In this document: positions 1 through 14,369 of the stretch, one piece after another
Layout: every line of letters starts with the position of its first letter
How positions within the stretch are numbered: position 1 is the stretch's first letter
Assembly: GCA_963785235.1 (NCBI GenBank)
Contig: CAWAUM010000002.1
Location: forward strand, 224,001-288,000
Direction: 5' to 3'
DNA length: 64,000 nucleotides
DNA from: an uncultured delta proteobacterium
GTDB taxonomy: Bacteria > Desulfobacterota > Desulfomonilia > UBA1062
Position numbers and translations under genes: made by a program
Notes under the pieces: model-generated
What the model was told of the DNA's origin: nothing
Database searches by the model: none
Seen by the model: only the letters and a program-made list of their open reading frames with translations

Positions 1-1124
1 CCTTCCAAGATGTGGATGCGGTCCTTTGCCTTGGCCAGCTCGAAGAGGCACCTGCGGGTGACCACCTCCTCGCGGAAATCAAGGAAGGCCTGGAGCATCT
101 GCAAAAGGCCCATGGTAGCGGGCCTCTTGTTGTGTATGGCGAGCAGGTTCATGGAGAAGGAGGACTGGAGCGTGGTGAGCTTGTAAAGCTGGTTCTCTAT
201 GACTTCAAACGGGGCGCCCTTCTTCAGGTCGATAACCACGCGCATGCCGTCCTTGTCCGACTCGTCTCGGATGTTGGCAATGCCGTCTATCTTCTTTTCC
301 TGGGCCAGCAGAGCTATGCGCGTTACGAGCTCGGCCTTGTTTACGGTAAAGGGGAGCTCGGAGATGATGATCTTCTCCCTGTTCTGCTCTTCCTCCCTTT
401 CCACCTTGCCGCGGACTATGATGATGCCCCTGCCGGTGCGGTAGGCCTTCTCGATCTCGCCTTCGGTGATGATGATGCCGCCGGTGGGGAAATCAGGACC
501 GGGGATGATCCTCATGATCTCGGGCAGCGTCAGATCAGGTTTGTCCACCAGGGCGATCAGGGCGGTCATCAGTTCGGTGGCATTATGCGGCGGGATGCTG
601 GTGGCCATGCCTACCGCGATACCACTGGACCCGTTCAGCAACAGCCCCGGAATCCTCGTGGGCAGGACATCGGGCTCCTGCAGAGACTCGTCGTAGTTGG
701 GGTGGAAACCTACGGTATTCTTGTCAAGGTCTGCAAGCATCTCCTCGGCAATGCGTGACATCCTGATCTCGGTATACCTCATGGCGGCGGCCGGATCGCC
801 GTCCACGCTCCCGAAGTTGCCCTGGCCGTCGACCAGGGGATATCGTAACGAGAACGGCTGGGCCATGCGCACGATGGCGTCATAGACCGACTGGTCGCCA
901 TGGGGATGGTACTTACCGATGACATCACCCACGATGCGGGCGGACTTCTTGTAGGCCTTGGAGTGGGTGTTGCCCAGGTCCTGCATGGCAAACAGGATCC
1001 TTCTGTGGACGGGCTTGAGTCCGTCGCGCACATCAGGGATGGCGCGTCCGATGATAACGCTCATGGAATAGTCCAGGTATGAGCGCCTCATCTCCTGGTC
1101 TATGGCAACAGTGTTCGTGCTCAT
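1..1124 (-). CDS. gyrA: DNA gyrase subunit A (5' part; runs off window)
   Basis: Manual translation from ATG at 1124: [42 protein letters not shown]...[12 protein letters not shown]...AAMRYTE. RBS GAGGAG; follows gyrB. Confidence 0.97.
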   Translation of the reverse strand, partial: MSTNTVAIDQEMRRSYLDYSMSVIIGRAIPDVRDGLKPVHRRILFAMQDLGNTHSKAYKKSARIVGDVIGKYHPHGDQSVYDAIVRMAQPFSLRYPLVDGQGNFGSVDGDPAAAMRYTEIRMSRIAEEMLADLDKNTVGFHPNYDESLQEPDVLPTRIPGLLLNGSSGIAVGMATSIPPHNATELMTALIALVDKPDLTLPEIMRIIPGPDFPTGGIIITEGEIEKAYRTGRGIIIVRGKVEREEEQNREKIIISELPFTVNKAELVTRIALLAQEKKIDGIANIRDESDKDGMRVVIDLKKGAPFEVIENQLYKLTTLQSSFSMNLLAIHNKRPATMGLLQMLQAFLDFREEVVTRRCLFELAKAKDRIHILE

Positions 1125-1151
1125 GCAAACTCCTCTTTCTTAGGTGTAAAG

Positions 1152-4670
<3,519 letters not shown>

Positions 4671-4836
4671 ATCTTTATTCTCCTCATAAGTATGAATTAT
4701 ATATACTAATGATCATGTCAATATGTTGAAAAGTCATCTAACCCACTAAATTATATCTGTATATGTTTTCCATTCATACGTTCATAATTCACTGCACCAG
4801 GCTTACCTGACACAATAAATGTTCATATGTTCATCT
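4671..4836. promoter_or_regulatory. Candidate replication origin (oriC)
   Basis: AT-rich region upstream of dnaN with DnaA-box-like 9-mers on the minus strand (TTTTCAACA 4724-4732, ATATTGACA 4716-4724, TTATGAACG 4779-4787, ATATGAACA 4820-4828, AGATGAACA 4828-4836); next to parAB/parS. Confidence 0.5.
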
Positions 4837-5688
4837 CAAAGGAGAAACAGTCCTGGTAAGTTCATTCACAACCCTGTCCAGTTCATCACGTGAAGAAACC
4901 TCGATGGTGATCTTCCCCTTTCTTTTGGACCAGGAGCAGATAACATGAGCAGAAAAGTGATTCGAGAGCATGGAAGAAAGGGCATCAAGAGCAGTATCCG
5001 ATTTATTTGGCAGTTCTTTTTCATGGCGGGTTTTGGATGCATAGCGTTCAGCTTCTCGCACACTTATGCCTTTTGCAATGATCTTATGAAACAAGGAGCG
5101 CCTGGCTTCCTCAGTGTCCATCATGAGAATGGCGCGAGCATGACCAGGGGTGATAGTCCCTTCCCGCAGCGCCGACTTCATCTCTTCAGGAAGTCCGATG
5201 AGACGTAGCGCGTTGGTGACAGTGGAACGCTCCTTCATTACTGACTCGGCAATTTCCTGGTGGGTAAGGCCGAACTGCTCCTTTAATGTGTAATAAGCCT
5301 CAGTCTCTTCCATGGGGTTTAAATCTTCCCGCTGGAGGTTCTCAATTAAAGAAAGCTTAAAAGAATCATCATCGGAGACGTCTTTCACAATAACCGGGAC
5401 ACGCTCGATGCCGGCCATTTTACAGGCATGGAACCTTCTCTCGCCTGCAATGATCTCGTATTTGGTATTAAACTTACGGACTAGGATAGGTGATATCAGA
5501 CCATGAACCTTGATGGATTCCGAAAGTTCAGCAAGCTTATCCCTGTCAATGGACTTTCTGGGTTGTATGGGATTGGGACGGATCTCATCCAGAGAAAGCT
5601 CAACAACATGAGTAGTTATATCGTGTTCTTCAACAGGAATGAGGGCATCAATACCTTTACCGAGACGAGGCTTTGCCTTCATCAGCAA
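4831..5688 (-). CDS. parB: Chromosome partitioning protein ParB
   Basis: LGKGIDALI, NPIQPRK, IIAGERRF, LIENLQREDLNP, HTH region. Confidence 0.96.
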   Translation of the reverse strand: MLMKAKPRLGKGIDALIPVEEHDITTHVVELSLDEIRPNPIQPRKSIDRDKLAELSESIKVHGLISPILVRKFNTKYEIIAGERRFHACKMAGIERVPVIVKDVSDDDSFKLSLIENLQREDLNPMEETEAYYTLKEQFGLTHQEIAESVMKERSTVTNALRLIGLPEEMKSALREGTITPGHARAILMMDTEEARRSLFHKIIAKGISVREAERYASKTRHEKELPNKSDTALDALSSMLSNHFSAHVICSWSKRKGKITIEVSSRDELDRVVNELTRTVSPLR

Positions 5689-6451
5689 CCTCCCTGCTCA
5701 AGATCTCTTTAGCAAGCATTAAATAGTTCTGGGCACCCTTGGAAGAAATATCATAGAGACAGATGGGCAGCCCATAGCTCGGCGCTTCGCATAGCCGCGT
5801 ATTCCTTGGTATGACCGTTTTGAAAACCTGGGAGTTGAAATGAGCGCGCATATTGTTAGCCACCTCATGGCTGAGACGGGTGCGTGAATCAAACATGGTA
5901 AGGAGAAACCCCTCGATGGAAAGGGCCGGATTAAGTCTTTTTTTCACAAGGGCAAAGGTGTTCAGAAGACTCTTGATTCCTTCAAGGGCATAGTATTCGC
6001 ATTGTACCGGGATAAGGAGAGAATCAGAAGCGGTAAGTGCATTCAGGGTGAGCAGGCCCAGAGAAGGGGGGCAGTCGATAAGGATAAAATCAAAAACAGA
6101 ATCCATCTGATTAAGGATATTTTTGACGATCCTCTCCCGCAAGGGAATATCCATGAGTTCAACATCAACACCCACCAGGTCGGTATTGCTAGGAGCCAGA
6201 CAAAGATTTCCAACCTTGGTGGAAACAATAATGCTTTCCAGGGACTGCTGATCAAGCATGACATGATAGATATGGGAGTTCAGTTTTGCGAGATCAACAC
6301 CCAGGCCAGTGGTTGCGTTCGCTTGAGGATCAAGGTCGATGAGGAGGGTGCGTTTACCCAGCAAGGCAAGGGAAGAGCCAAGGTTTATGGCCGTTGTTGT
6401 CTTGCCCACGCCGCCCTTTTGATTGGAGATACTTATTATTTTATGAGGCAC
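5657..6451 (-). CDS. parA: Chromosome partitioning ATPase ParA/Soj
   Basis: Deviant Walker A NQKGGVGKTT, DLDPQAN, IDCPPSLG, PVQCEYYALEG. Confidence 0.97.
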   Translation of the reverse strand: MPHKIISISNQKGGVGKTTTAINLGSSLALLGKRTLLIDLDPQANATTGLGVDLAKLNSHIYHVMLDQQSLESIIVSTKVGNLCLAPSNTDLVGVDVELMDIPLRERIVKNILNQMDSVFDFILIDCPPSLGLLTLNALTASDSLLIPVQCEYYALEGIKSLLNTFALVKKRLNPALSIEGFLLTMFDSRTRLSHEVANNMRAHFNSQVFKTVIPRNTRLCEAPSYGLPICLYDISSKGAQNYLMLAKEILSREVADEGKASSR

Positions 6452-6493
6452 AATGGTGGACTACCATAAAAGTTATGAAAGATGAATTGAAAA

Positions 6494-6509
6494 AGTTTCA
6501 CGTGAAACA
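6494..6509. promoter_or_regulatory. parS: parS centromere site
   Basis: AGTTTCACGTGAAACA, 15/16 match to TGTTTCACGTGAAACA, just upstream of parA. Confidence 0.92.
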
Positions 6510-6595
6510 CACTTCTTTTTTGGCTGACCTATGAAAGGGTAAGCCTTCAATAAGAAAGGCTCTATTCATAAATTTCATAGATTCGAATTGCCCCA

Positions 6596-7108
6596 TCATA
6601 GAGGAAAGAAACGGATAACAACAATGATCAAGAGCAAGATCACTGTTATCCAGGCCATGGTTATGTCGCTCTTTCGGTTTACCACATGGTCCCTGAAGCC
6701 CTTCAGATCCTTGCCGACGGCATCCTCTTTCACAACGGAGGTGAGAGAATCAATAATGTTGACAAAATCATCGAAGTTATTGGGTATAAAGGTGTTTTTC
6801 TTTGACGAAATGGTGATGAACTGTCTGGTGCCCATCGTTACTCCGTCAATGAGTTTCACTTCATCAACAGGTATCCTGGTTGATCCAAACAGACCTCTGA
6901 TGATGATCTCGTTGTCTCTCACGATGAGTTTTTTTATAAGATTGTTCAAGGTAAAGAGATAAAATAGTACCATGAGCATGCAGGCCATGACAAGTATCCT
7001 GGTTGCATATCCCATGCGAATGACATCAACGAAAACAGGAATGGATAAAATGACGGCAAGCACCATAGGTGCCTTAAGCGCTTTTTTTATCTTGTAAACA
7101 TGCTCCAT
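6596..7108 (-). CDS. Membrane protein, possibly with a bacterial PH-like domain
   Basis: 170 aa; two N-terminal TM segments, a beta-rich soluble part and a C-terminal TM. Confidence 0.65.
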   Translation of the reverse strand: MEHVYKIKKALKAPMVLAVILSIPVFVDVIRMGYATRILVMACMLMVLFYLFTLNNLIKKLIVRDNEIIIRGLFGSTRIPVDEVKLIDGVTMGTRQFITISSKKNTFIPNNFDDFVNIIDSLTSVVKEDAVGKDLKGFRDHVVNRKSDITMAWITVILLLIIVVIRFFPL

Positions 7109-7151
7109 GTCTTTTATGTTACATAAAATTATTCATTTTACAAGTGGAGCC

Positions 7152-7907
7152 ATGCTGGATTTTGCTATCCGTCTTGCAACAAGTGCAGGAAAATTCCTGA
7201 ACGAACATCTCCATGATGATATTACCATTGAGCACAAAGGGCGCATCGATCTTGTGACCAACATGGATTGCCAAGTACAGGCAAGGATTGTTGAGGAGAT
7301 CGAGAGGGCATGGCCCGGCCACAGCATCTTGGCCGAAGAGGCTTGCACGAAAAAGGGTGATACAGAGTATATGTGGATCATCGATCCCATCGACGGGACA
7401 ACCAATTTCATCCACCACATCCCTTTTTTTTGCGTCTCCATTGCGCTAACGAAATCGGGCCAGCCCTTCATCGGGGTATGCTACAATCCCATTTCCGGAG
7501 ATATTTTCCATGCCCAGGCGGGCCAGGGGGCATATCAAAACGGCAGAAGGATCTTTGTCTCGGCTACCGAGAAGCTTTTAAATTCCCTTGTTGCGACCGG
7601 CTTTCCGTATACACAGGGAAACCTTGATGCCATCATCGCAAGGTTCTCATGCGTCTTAAGCCGAGCTCAGGGGATCAGGCGGCTGGGATCAGCTGAACTG
7701 GACCTGTGCTATGTAGCGGCCGGCGTCTTCGATGCCTTCTGGGAGGAAGGATTGAAGCCGTGGGACATGGCGGCTGGCGTTACCATCCTTACGGAAGCCG
7801 GCGGCATGATAACCTCCCTTGACGGCAGCCCCTTTGACCTGTACAGGGGTGATATCCTGGCAAGTAACGCGAAAGTACACCAAGAACTCTTAAGGTGCAT
7901 GTTATAG
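7152..7907 (+). CDS. suhB: Inositol monophosphatase family protein
   Basis: WIIDPIDGTTNF, RRLGSA, WDMAAG; start set at the ATG after GGAG. Confidence 0.92.
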   Translation: MLDFAIRLATSAGKFLNEHLHDDITIEHKGRIDLVTNMDCQVQARIVEEIERAWPGHSILAEEACTKKGDTEYMWIIDPIDGTTNFIHHIPFFCVSIALTKSGQPFIGVCYNPISGDIFHAQAGQGAYQNGRRIFVSATEKLLNSLVATGFPYTQGNLDAIIARFSCVLSRAQGIRRLGSAELDLCYVAAGVFDAFWEEGLKPWDMAAGVTILTEAGGMITSLDGSPFDLYRGDILASNAKVHQELLRCML

Positions 7908-7908
7908 C

Positions 7909-8688
7909 ATGAATATCGTCGATTCGCACAATCATATCCATTTCAGGGCATTTAGTCATGACAGGGAAGAGGCCCTGAGCAGGGCCTTTGATGGTGGCGT
8001 CACATGGATGCTCACCGTGGGAATAGACCCTAAAGATTGCAAAAAGGCCATTGATGTTGCCCGGGGGCATGAGGGGGTCTTTGTCTCCATAGGAATACAC
8101 CCCCAGAACGCGGATAAATACGGGGTAAAAGAGGTACAAACCCTTGCCGGGCTCAGCAGCGACCCTTGCGTGGTGGCCATAGGAGAGACCGGCTTTGATC
8201 TGTTCCGGACACCACAAAGCGAACCCAGACAGAAGGAGCTATTTGCGGCCCACATAGAACTGGCAAGGCGGCTACGTCTTCCGCTTGTGATCCATGACAG
8301 ACAGGCCCACGAGCAGACGATTCAGGTGATGAACGATACGAACGCATGGCCCATAGGCGGTGTGTTTCATTGCTTTTCGGGGGATTCACAGCTTGCCCAA
8401 ACAGTAACCGGAAAAGGTTTTTATATCTCCATTCCAGGGGTGGTCAGCTACAAGAGCGCCCATGAATTAAAGGATGTAGTTGCCAGGACACCCCTGGAGT
8501 CCCTGCTGGTGGAAACGGATGCACCTTATCTGACGCCGGAACCGTTTCGAGGCAAGCGGAACGAACCGCTCTATGTTGCAAAGGTCGTTGAAGAGATTGC
8601 GCGGATCAAAAAGACGAGCGCTGAAGAAGTAGCCAGGATCACATCGGGGAACTTCTCACGGCTTTTTCTTAAGACGCTCGCCCGATAA
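7909..8688 (+). CDS. tatD: TatD family hydrolase
   Basis: DSHNH, GIHP, AIGETG, IHDR, FHCFSG, VETDAPYL. Confidence 0.93.
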   Translation: MNIVDSHNHIHFRAFSHDREEALSRAFDGGVTWMLTVGIDPKDCKKAIDVARGHEGVFVSIGIHPQNADKYGVKEVQTLAGLSSDPCVVAIGETGFDLFRTPQSEPRQKELFAAHIELARRLRLPLVIHDRQAHEQTIQVMNDTNAWPIGGVFHCFSGDSQLAQTVTGKGFYISIPGVVSYKSAHELKDVVARTPLESLLVETDAPYLTPEPFRGKRNEPLYVAKVVEEIARIKKTSAEEVARITSGNFSRLFLKTLAR

Positions 8689-8730
8689 CTTAAAGTAAGG
8701 CTTAAGGGATTAGTGGAAGGGAGGAAATAG

Positions 8731-9129
8731 ATGATAAAGAAGCTTGAAGTACAGACCGGATCGCGTACCCAGCTCATTGACATCACCTCCCAGGTCAAGT
8801 CATTTCTGAGAAGCGTTGCCATTTCTTCGGGCGTTATCATTATTTATGTGCCTCACACTACCTGCGGTATCACAATCAATGAAAATGCCGACCCTTCGGT
8901 TAAGGAAGACATTACCGCATTTCTCAGCAGAATTATACCCTTTAACGGTCAGTACAGCCATGCCGAGGGTAACTCGGACGCGCATATCAAAGCAAGCATT
9001 ACAGGGTCGAGTGTTACGGTAATCATTGAGAGCGGCGCTTTGATCCTTGGGACTTGGCAGGGGATATTCCTCGCCGAGTATGATGGGCCAAGAAAGCGGT
9101 CTATTTTGATTAAGGTCATTCCCGGATGA
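8731..9129 (+). CDS. yjbQ: YjbQ (UPF0047) family protein
   Basis: PHTTCGITINENADP, HAEGNSDAHIKAS, LGTWQGIFLAEYDGPR. Confidence 0.92.
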   Translation: MIKKLEVQTGSRTQLIDITSQVKSFLRSVAISSGVIIIYVPHTTCGITINENADPSVKEDITAFLSRIIPFNGQYSHAEGNSDAHIKASITGSSVTVIIESGALILGTWQGIFLAEYDGPRKRSILIKVIPG

Positions 9130-9238
9130 ACTAAAGACTTCTGATTCCCTGTTCACGCTTAAAGCGTGATTCTGTGCTGGTATTTCTTTAAGGGCCGGGC
9201 TGTCCGGGGCCTATAGGTGCGCCTATCCAAAGACTTCC

Positions 9239-9268
9239 TTGACAAGCAATATGGTCATATTCTATTAG
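9239..9268 (+). promoter_or_regulatory. Putative sigma70 promoter of tRNA-Gly
   Basis: TTGACA 9239-9244, 18-bp spacer, TATTAG 9263-9268. Confidence 0.5.
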
Positions 9269-9278
9269 AGAAGGCAAT

Positions 9279-9351
9279 GCGGGCATAGCTCAGTTGGTAG
9301 AGTGTCAGCTTCCCAAGCTGAATGTCGCGGGTTCGAATCCCGTTGCCCGCT
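9279..9351 (+). tRNA. tRNA-Gly(CCC)
   Basis: GCGGGCA/TGCCCGC acceptor stem, anticodon arm TCAGC-TTCCCAA-GCTGA, T-loop TTCGAAT; CCA not encoded. Confidence 0.97.
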
Positions 9352-9400
9352 CTGAAGCGAGTTTTTAAAAAGCGCTTTGAAGAGAACTGCGGAGGCGAGG

Positions 9401-9428
9401 AAGTGGGCAAGTGCCCACTTTTTTATTT
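9401..9428 (+). terminator. Terminator/attenuator hairpin in the rimP leader
   Basis: AAGTGGGC-AAGT-GCCCACTT followed by a T-tract. Confidence 0.8.
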
Positions 9429-9434
9429 ACTACG

Positions 9435-9860
9435 ATGGACAGAGGAATGATGGATACGCTTTTTAAGTTGGTTAATACGGAGCTCTCCATGATGGGCTTT
9501 GAACTCATCGATTTAGAATTCGTAGGGAAGAGCTTGCGACTTACCATCGACAAGCCTCTCGGAGTGACGCTCGGCGACTGCGTCTCTGTCACCAGGAGGG
9601 TGGGTCTGCTCCTGGATGCCGAAGATCCCATCGAGAGCAAATACCGGCTGGAGGTATCCTCTCCCGGACTGAACAGGAAACTGAAGACTGCACGGGAATT
9701 CGAGCATTTTTCCGGGCGAAGGGTGAAAGTGCAGACAGGCGAAGGGATATTCCGGGGTATTATAACGGCCCTTAAGGGGGAAAATGTGATATTTGATGTG
9801 GAAGGATCTGAGGTTTCTGTGGGACTAAGAGATATAATCAAGGCCAATCTTGATTTCTAG
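9435..9860 (+). CDS. rimP: Ribosome maturation factor RimP
   Basis: LRLTIDKP, YRLEVSSPGLNR, KANL; start approximate. Confidence 0.93.
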   Translation: MDRGMMDTLFKLVNTELSMMGFELIDLEFVGKSLRLTIDKPLGVTLGDCVSVTRRVGLLLDAEDPIESKYRLEVSSPGLNRKLKTAREFEHFSGRRVKVQTGEGIFRGIITALKGENVIFDVEGSEVSVGLRDIIKANLDF

Positions 9861-9869
9861 GGAGATGGT

Positions 9870-11102
9870 ATGGTTCTGAACCTTTCAAAGGTAATTGAGC
9901 TCATCGTTAAGGAGAAGGGCCTACGGCAAGAGGACCTGGTGATGGTTGTCGAAGCGGCTGTCCAGAGCGCTGCAAAGAAAGTCTATGGAGATTATGATAA
10001 TATAGAGGCCCATTACAACACCAAGCTGGACGAGGTTGAGGTTTTCCAATTCAAGGTGGTTGCCGAAGAGGTGGAAGACCCGAACATCCAGATATCCATG
10101 AAACAGGCGCGGAAGCTTGATCCAAGCTGCCAGATGGGCGATGAACTCGGCGAAAAGCTTGATGCCTCCAAGCTTGGCAGAATTGCAGCCCAGAGCGCCA
10201 AACAGGTGATAGTCCAGAAGGTAAAAGAGGTCGAACGCGATGCCATCTATAATGATTTCATCGACATCAAAGGTGAGATCGTCTCAGGGTTTATCCACAG
10301 GTTCGACCGCAAGGATGTTATCTTAAACCTTGGCAAGTCTGAGGCTATTCTTCGAGAGAAGGAACAGATACCAGGAGAGATCCTCAGACGGGGAGACCGT
10401 ATGCAGGCCCTTGTGCTGGATGTTACCAAATCGATGAAAATGCCCCAGGTGGAACTGAGCAGGACCCATCCCAGGTTCTTGGTCAAGCTCTACCAGATGG
10501 AAGTCCCAGAGGTGGCGGAAGGGATAGTGGAGATTGTGGCTGTTGCCAGGGAACCTGGAATCAGGGCTAAGATAGCCGTCCGCTCCCATGACACAAAGGT
10601 AGATCCTGTCGGAACCTGTGTGGGCGTCAAGGGTGCCAGGGTCCAGAACGTAATCCAGGAACTCAAAGGAGAGAGGCAGGATATAGTGGTCTGGTCCGAA
10701 GATCCTGTCCGCTTTGTGTGCAATGCCTTATCTCCGGCACGAGTATCAAAGGTTATTGTGGACAAGTCCAACCGCACCATGGATGTGATTGTGTCCGATG
10801 ACCAGCTGAGCCTCGCCATAGGGAGAAAGGGCCAGAATGTAAGGCTCGTTGCAAAACTCACGGGGTGGAAGATAGATGTGGGGGCTGAGGGCACTGAAGA
10901 AGTAGTCTCTTCTGAAGACAAGAGGTCTTTGAATAGTATAGCAGATATCGATCCATCCCTGGTGGAGGTCTTGATGGAGGCGGGTTATAAAACGCTGGAT
11001 GACCTCGCCAACGCAAAGGAAGAAGACCTTCTCGAATTCGAAGGGATCGATGAGACAATAGCCAAGAAGATTATCTTAAGGGCAACGGTAGGAGGGCAGT
11101 GA
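9870..11102 (+). CDS. nusA: Transcription factor NusA
   Basis: GRIAAQSAKQVI, LSRTHP, AREPGIRAKIAV, SLAIGRKGQNVRL; C-terminal HhH repeat. Confidence 0.97.
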   Translation: MVLNLSKVIELIVKEKGLRQEDLVMVVEAAVQSAAKKVYGDYDNIEAHYNTKLDEVEVFQFKVVAEEVEDPNIQISMKQARKLDPSCQMGDELGEKLDASKLGRIAAQSAKQVIVQKVKEVERDAIYNDFIDIKGEIVSGFIHRFDRKDVILNLGKSEAILREKEQIPGEILRRGDRMQALVLDVTKSMKMPQVELSRTHPRFLVKLYQMEVPEVAEGIVEIVAVAREPGIRAKIAVRSHDTKVDPVGTCVGVKGARVQNVIQELKGERQDIVVWSEDPVRFVCNALSPARVSKVIVDKSNRTMDVIVSDDQLSLAIGRKGQNVRLVAKLTGWKIDVGAEGTEEVVSSEDKRSLNSIADIDPSLVEVLMEAGYKTLDDLANAKEEDLLEFEGIDETIAKKIILRATVGGQ

Positions 11103-11446
11103 GACGTAAAGACGGTCCATACAGGCAGTGCGTAAGCTGCAGAGGGATATTCCACAAGGAGGAGCTCTTGCGTTTCGTGCTACACAAAGAAGAATCAGAT
11201 TTGTTCGACGAACAACAGCGCCGGGATGGCAGAGGTTACTACCTATGCCCGGAGCAAAGCTGTTTCTTGAACGCATGGAAGAACAGGAGGTCCAATGCAA
11301 TCTTTCGGGATAAACCGACCATGGAGCGTTTGCTTGGTTCGGTTTGTGATACCCTTTCAAGATCTGCAGGAAGCGGCAAGGACCTTCCCATATTGAGAAA
11401 TTCCAGGTTTTATGAGAGGTTGTCTTCCAAGGGGCGAGCGTTATGA
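11099..11446 (+). CDS. ylxR: YlxR/RnpM (DUF448) protein
   Basis: PYRQCVSCR...GRGYYLC; lies between nusA and infB. Confidence 0.85.
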   Translation: MRRKDGPYRQCVSCRGIFHKEELLRFVLHKEESDLFDEQQRRDGRGYYLCPEQSCFLNAWKNRRSNAIFRDKPTMERLLGSVCDTLSRSAGSGKDLPILRNSRFYERLSSKGRAL

Positions 11447-14091
11447 AAAAGATGAGGATTTCTGAACTGGCAAAAGACCTTTCTCTAGAGGCGAAGGATT
11501 TACTTCGCATTGCCAAGGACTTGGCCATTTCGGTTGAAAACACGATGAGCATCCTCGATGTCCATGATATCGAAAGAATCAGGAAACGGATCGAGAAAGA
11601 CACCCAGAAACCGGAAGAACAAGACCTCCAGGATGTCTATGAAGAACAGAGGGTAAGCACTACCATTATCCGCCGCAGGGCCAAGCCGGCACCTGCGCCC
11701 GAGGCCCCGGCCCCGGAAGAGGTTCAGGCAAAGATTGAGATAAAGGCCGAAGAAGCGGTTGAACAGGATGCGGGTGAAAAGAAACCGCCTAAAAAGAAGG
11801 AACTGCCAAAAAAAGAGGGTGTGTTGAAAGAGGAGCCTCCTATTGAGGCAGCCAAAGAGGCGCTCTCCCTAAAAGGCGAAGGAAAGACCAAAGAAAAACC
11901 TGCCGCCCCTGTTCTTGAAGAGGCGAGTCTTGAGCAGGCAAAAGGACCGGCTGCGCCTGTGGCCGGCAGTGCAAATAGAGAGACTGCGCAGGCCCCTGCC
12001 GGTAGCCCCGTGATCCCCGGTGTGATCGTCAAACCACAGGAGATTGATAAGGAAGAAGAGAAAGAGGCCAAGAAAAAAGACAATAAGAAAAAGGGCAAAA
12101 AACCCCCCAAGGCCACAGAGGTCCAGGCGGAAGAGGAAGAAGCGGGCGTTGATAAGACCGGAGCCCGTGTTGCCGTATTGAAACCGAAGGTCGAGCCGGT
12201 CCCGGAGACGGAGGTCTACACGCAGACCGATCTGTATGGATCGGGGAGGACTTCCCAGGGCAAGAAGTTCAAGAAGAAAAAGGACAGGAGAGGGGCAGCA
12301 CAACTCCAGCCTTTCAAGAAGAAGAAGCTCAAGATAGTGGCCACTATAACTGTGGCAAACATTGCAAAGGAAATGGGGGTAAAGGCGTCCGAGGTCATCA
12401 AGGTGCTCATGGGGTTGGGGATTATGGCCAACCAGAACCAGTACATATCCCCCGAAGAGGCCACCTATGTGGCAACCGAACTGGGATTTGAGACAGAAGA
12501 GGCCCGCGACGAGATCCATGAGGAGTACTTCGCCGATGCTGCACATGAGCCCGAAAAGCTCGTTTCCAGACCCCCTGTGGTTACGGTCATGGGGCATGTC
12601 GACCATGGAAAGACATCCCTGCTTGACGCCATCAGATCAGAAAACGTCATCGACAGCGAATTCGGCGGTATTACCCAGCATATCGGGGCATACCAGGCAA
12701 AGTGTAAGGACAAGGTCATCACCTTTATCGACACGCCCGGCCATGAGGCCTTCACCTCCATGAGATCTCGAGGCGCCCAGGCCACGGACTTCGTGGTCCT
12801 GGTTGTTGCTGCGGACGATGGTGTTATGGACCAGACCAGAGAGGCTATAAACCACTCACGGGCAGCCAAGATCCCCATCATTGTTGCGGTAAACAAGATT
12901 GATAAACCCAATGCCAACCCGGCCAGGGTCCGTGAGCAGCTCTCCGAACTCGGGCTCGTTCCCGAAGACTGGGGTGGAGATACCATTTATGTTGACGTGT
13001 CGGCAAAGAAGCACACCGGCATAGATGACCTCCTGGAGATGATACTGCTTCAGGCAGAGGTAATGGATATCAAGGTCCAAATAGACGGCCCGGCCAAAGG
13101 TGTTGTGCTGGAATCCAAGCTTGACAAGAATAAAGGACCCATGTGCACCATGCTCATCCAGCAAGGGGAGTTAAAGAGAGGCGATATCTTCATTGTCGGG
13201 TCCAAATGGGGCAAGGCCAGGGCCATGTTTGACTTCAGGGGAGTTCCCATCGAGAGTGCAACCCCGGCCACACCGGTGGAGATCACAGGGCTTACCGAGC
13301 CGCCATCCGCCGGGGATACCATGTTCGTGGTTCCCAATGAGAAGAAGGCCAAGGAGATCATCGAGTACCTCCAGGATAAGGTGAACATATCCCGCCTCCA
13401 GGCCCCTGAGCAGAAGGCCTTAGTAACCCTGGAAGATCTGTATAACCAGGTGAAAGAAGGCAAGCTCAAAGAGCTCAACCTGATCATCAAGGGCGATGTG
13501 CACGGAACCGTAGAGGCCATCGTCAATGCGGTCAAGGGAATAGATACCGGTGAAGACGTGATGAGGATCAACGTGATCCATTCGGCCGTGGGGGGCATTA
13601 CGGAAAATGATGTGCTCCTCGCCTCAACAGCCTTTGCCATCATTGTCGGATTTAATGTGAGGCCAGAGCCCAAGGTGAGGGACCTGGCCAAGAAGAGTAA
13701 TATCGAGATAAAGCTCTATACCATTATCTATGATCTCCTCGAGGACATCAAACAGGCCCTGCGCGGTATGCTCGAACCGGTCTACAAGGAGGTCGTACAG
13801 GGCCGGGCCGAGGTGCGAGACGTGTTCAAGGTCCCCAAGGTGGGAGTCATCGCAGGATGTATGGTCACCGAGGGTTCCATGATCCGCGGGGCACAGGCGC
13901 GGTTGTTGCGTGACAATGTGGTAATCCACGAGGGCCGGATAGATTCACTGAGAAGGTTCAAAGACGATGCAAAGGAAGTGGTGTCGGGCTTTGAGTGCGG
14001 GATGAGTTTTGGGAACTACAACGACATCAAGGCTGGCGATGTCATAGAATCATTCACCAAGGAGAAAGTGGAGCGCCTCACCACGTGGTGA
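11443..14091 (+). CDS. infB: Translation initiation factor IF-2
   Basis: [42 protein letters not shown]. Confidence 0.98.
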   Translation: MKKMRISELAKDLSLEAKDLLRIAKDLAISVENTMSILDVHDIERIRKRIEKDTQKPEEQDLQDVYEEQRVSTTIIRRRAKPAPAPEAPAPEEVQAKIEIKAEEAVEQDAGEKKPPKKKELPKKEGVLKEEPPIEAAKEALSLKGEGKTKEKPAAPVLEEASLEQAKGPAAPVAGSANRETAQAPAGSPVIPGVIVKPQEIDKEEEKEAKKKDNKKKGKKPPKATEVQAEEEEAGVDKTGARVAVLKPKVEPVPETEVYTQTDLYGSGRTSQGKKFKKKKDRRGAAQLQPFKKKKLKIVATITVANIAKEMGVKASEVIKVLMGLGIMANQNQYISPEEATYVATELGFETEEARDEIHEEYFADAAHEPEKLVSRPPVVTVMGHVDHGKTSLLDAIRSENVIDSEFGGITQHIGAYQAKCKDKVITFIDTPGHEAFTSMRSRGAQATDFVVLVVAADDGVMDQTREAINHSRAAKIPIIVAVNKIDKPNANPARVREQLSELGLVPEDWGGDTIYVDVSAKKHTGIDDLLEMILLQAEVMDIKVQIDGPAKGVVLESKLDKNKGPMCTMLIQQGELKRGDIFIVGSKWGKARAMFDFRGVPIESATPATPVEITGLTEPPSAGDTMFVVPNEKKAKEIIEYLQDKVNISRLQAPEQKALVTLEDLYNQVKEGKLKELNLIIKGDVHGTVEAIVNAVKGIDTGEDVMRINVIHSAVGGITENDVLLASTAFAIIVGFNVRPEPKVRDLAKKSNIEIKLYTIIYDLLEDIKQALRGMLEPVYKEVVQGRAEVRDVFKVPKVGVIAGCMVTEGSMIRGAQARLLRDNVVIHEGRIDSLRRFKDDAKEVVSGFECGMSFGNYNDIKAGDVIESFTKEKVERLTTW

Positions 14092-14369
14092 TAGGTGCTT
14101 GCGAGCTGAGGCTCCGGATTATTGGGGCTAATTCTTTGAAAGAGAAGCGCAAGGTTTTGAAATCTATCAAAGATCGTCTGTCAAGGATGAACGTATCCGT
14201 AGCCGAGGTTGATGATAATGACAAATGGCAGGCCTCTACCCTAGGGATAACCCTTGTAAGCAATGAGGTGGCATTAATCAATTCCGTGATCGATAAGATA
14301 ATTACAGGCATTGAAGCAGGCGGCGAGGTGGAACTTCTCGCCAGCAGGATCGAGATCATACACATATGA
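14085..14369 (+). CDS. DUF503 (YlxP) protein
   Basis: SLKEKRKVLKSIKDRL, NVSVAEVD; typical position after infB. Confidence 0.88.
   Translation: MVIGACELRLRIIGANSLKEKRKVLKSIKDRLSRMNVSVAEVDDNDKWQASTLGITLVSNEVALINSVIDKIITGIEAGGEVELLASRIEIIHI

Noticed and set aside
4882-4897. TTCATCACGTGAAGAA inside parB as an extra parS
   Set aside because: Only the core TCACGTGA matches; the flanks deviate from consensus.
11680-12330. Lys/Glu/Pro-rich low-complexity tract in infB
   Set aside because: Normal variable IF-2 N-terminal linker, not a repeat element.
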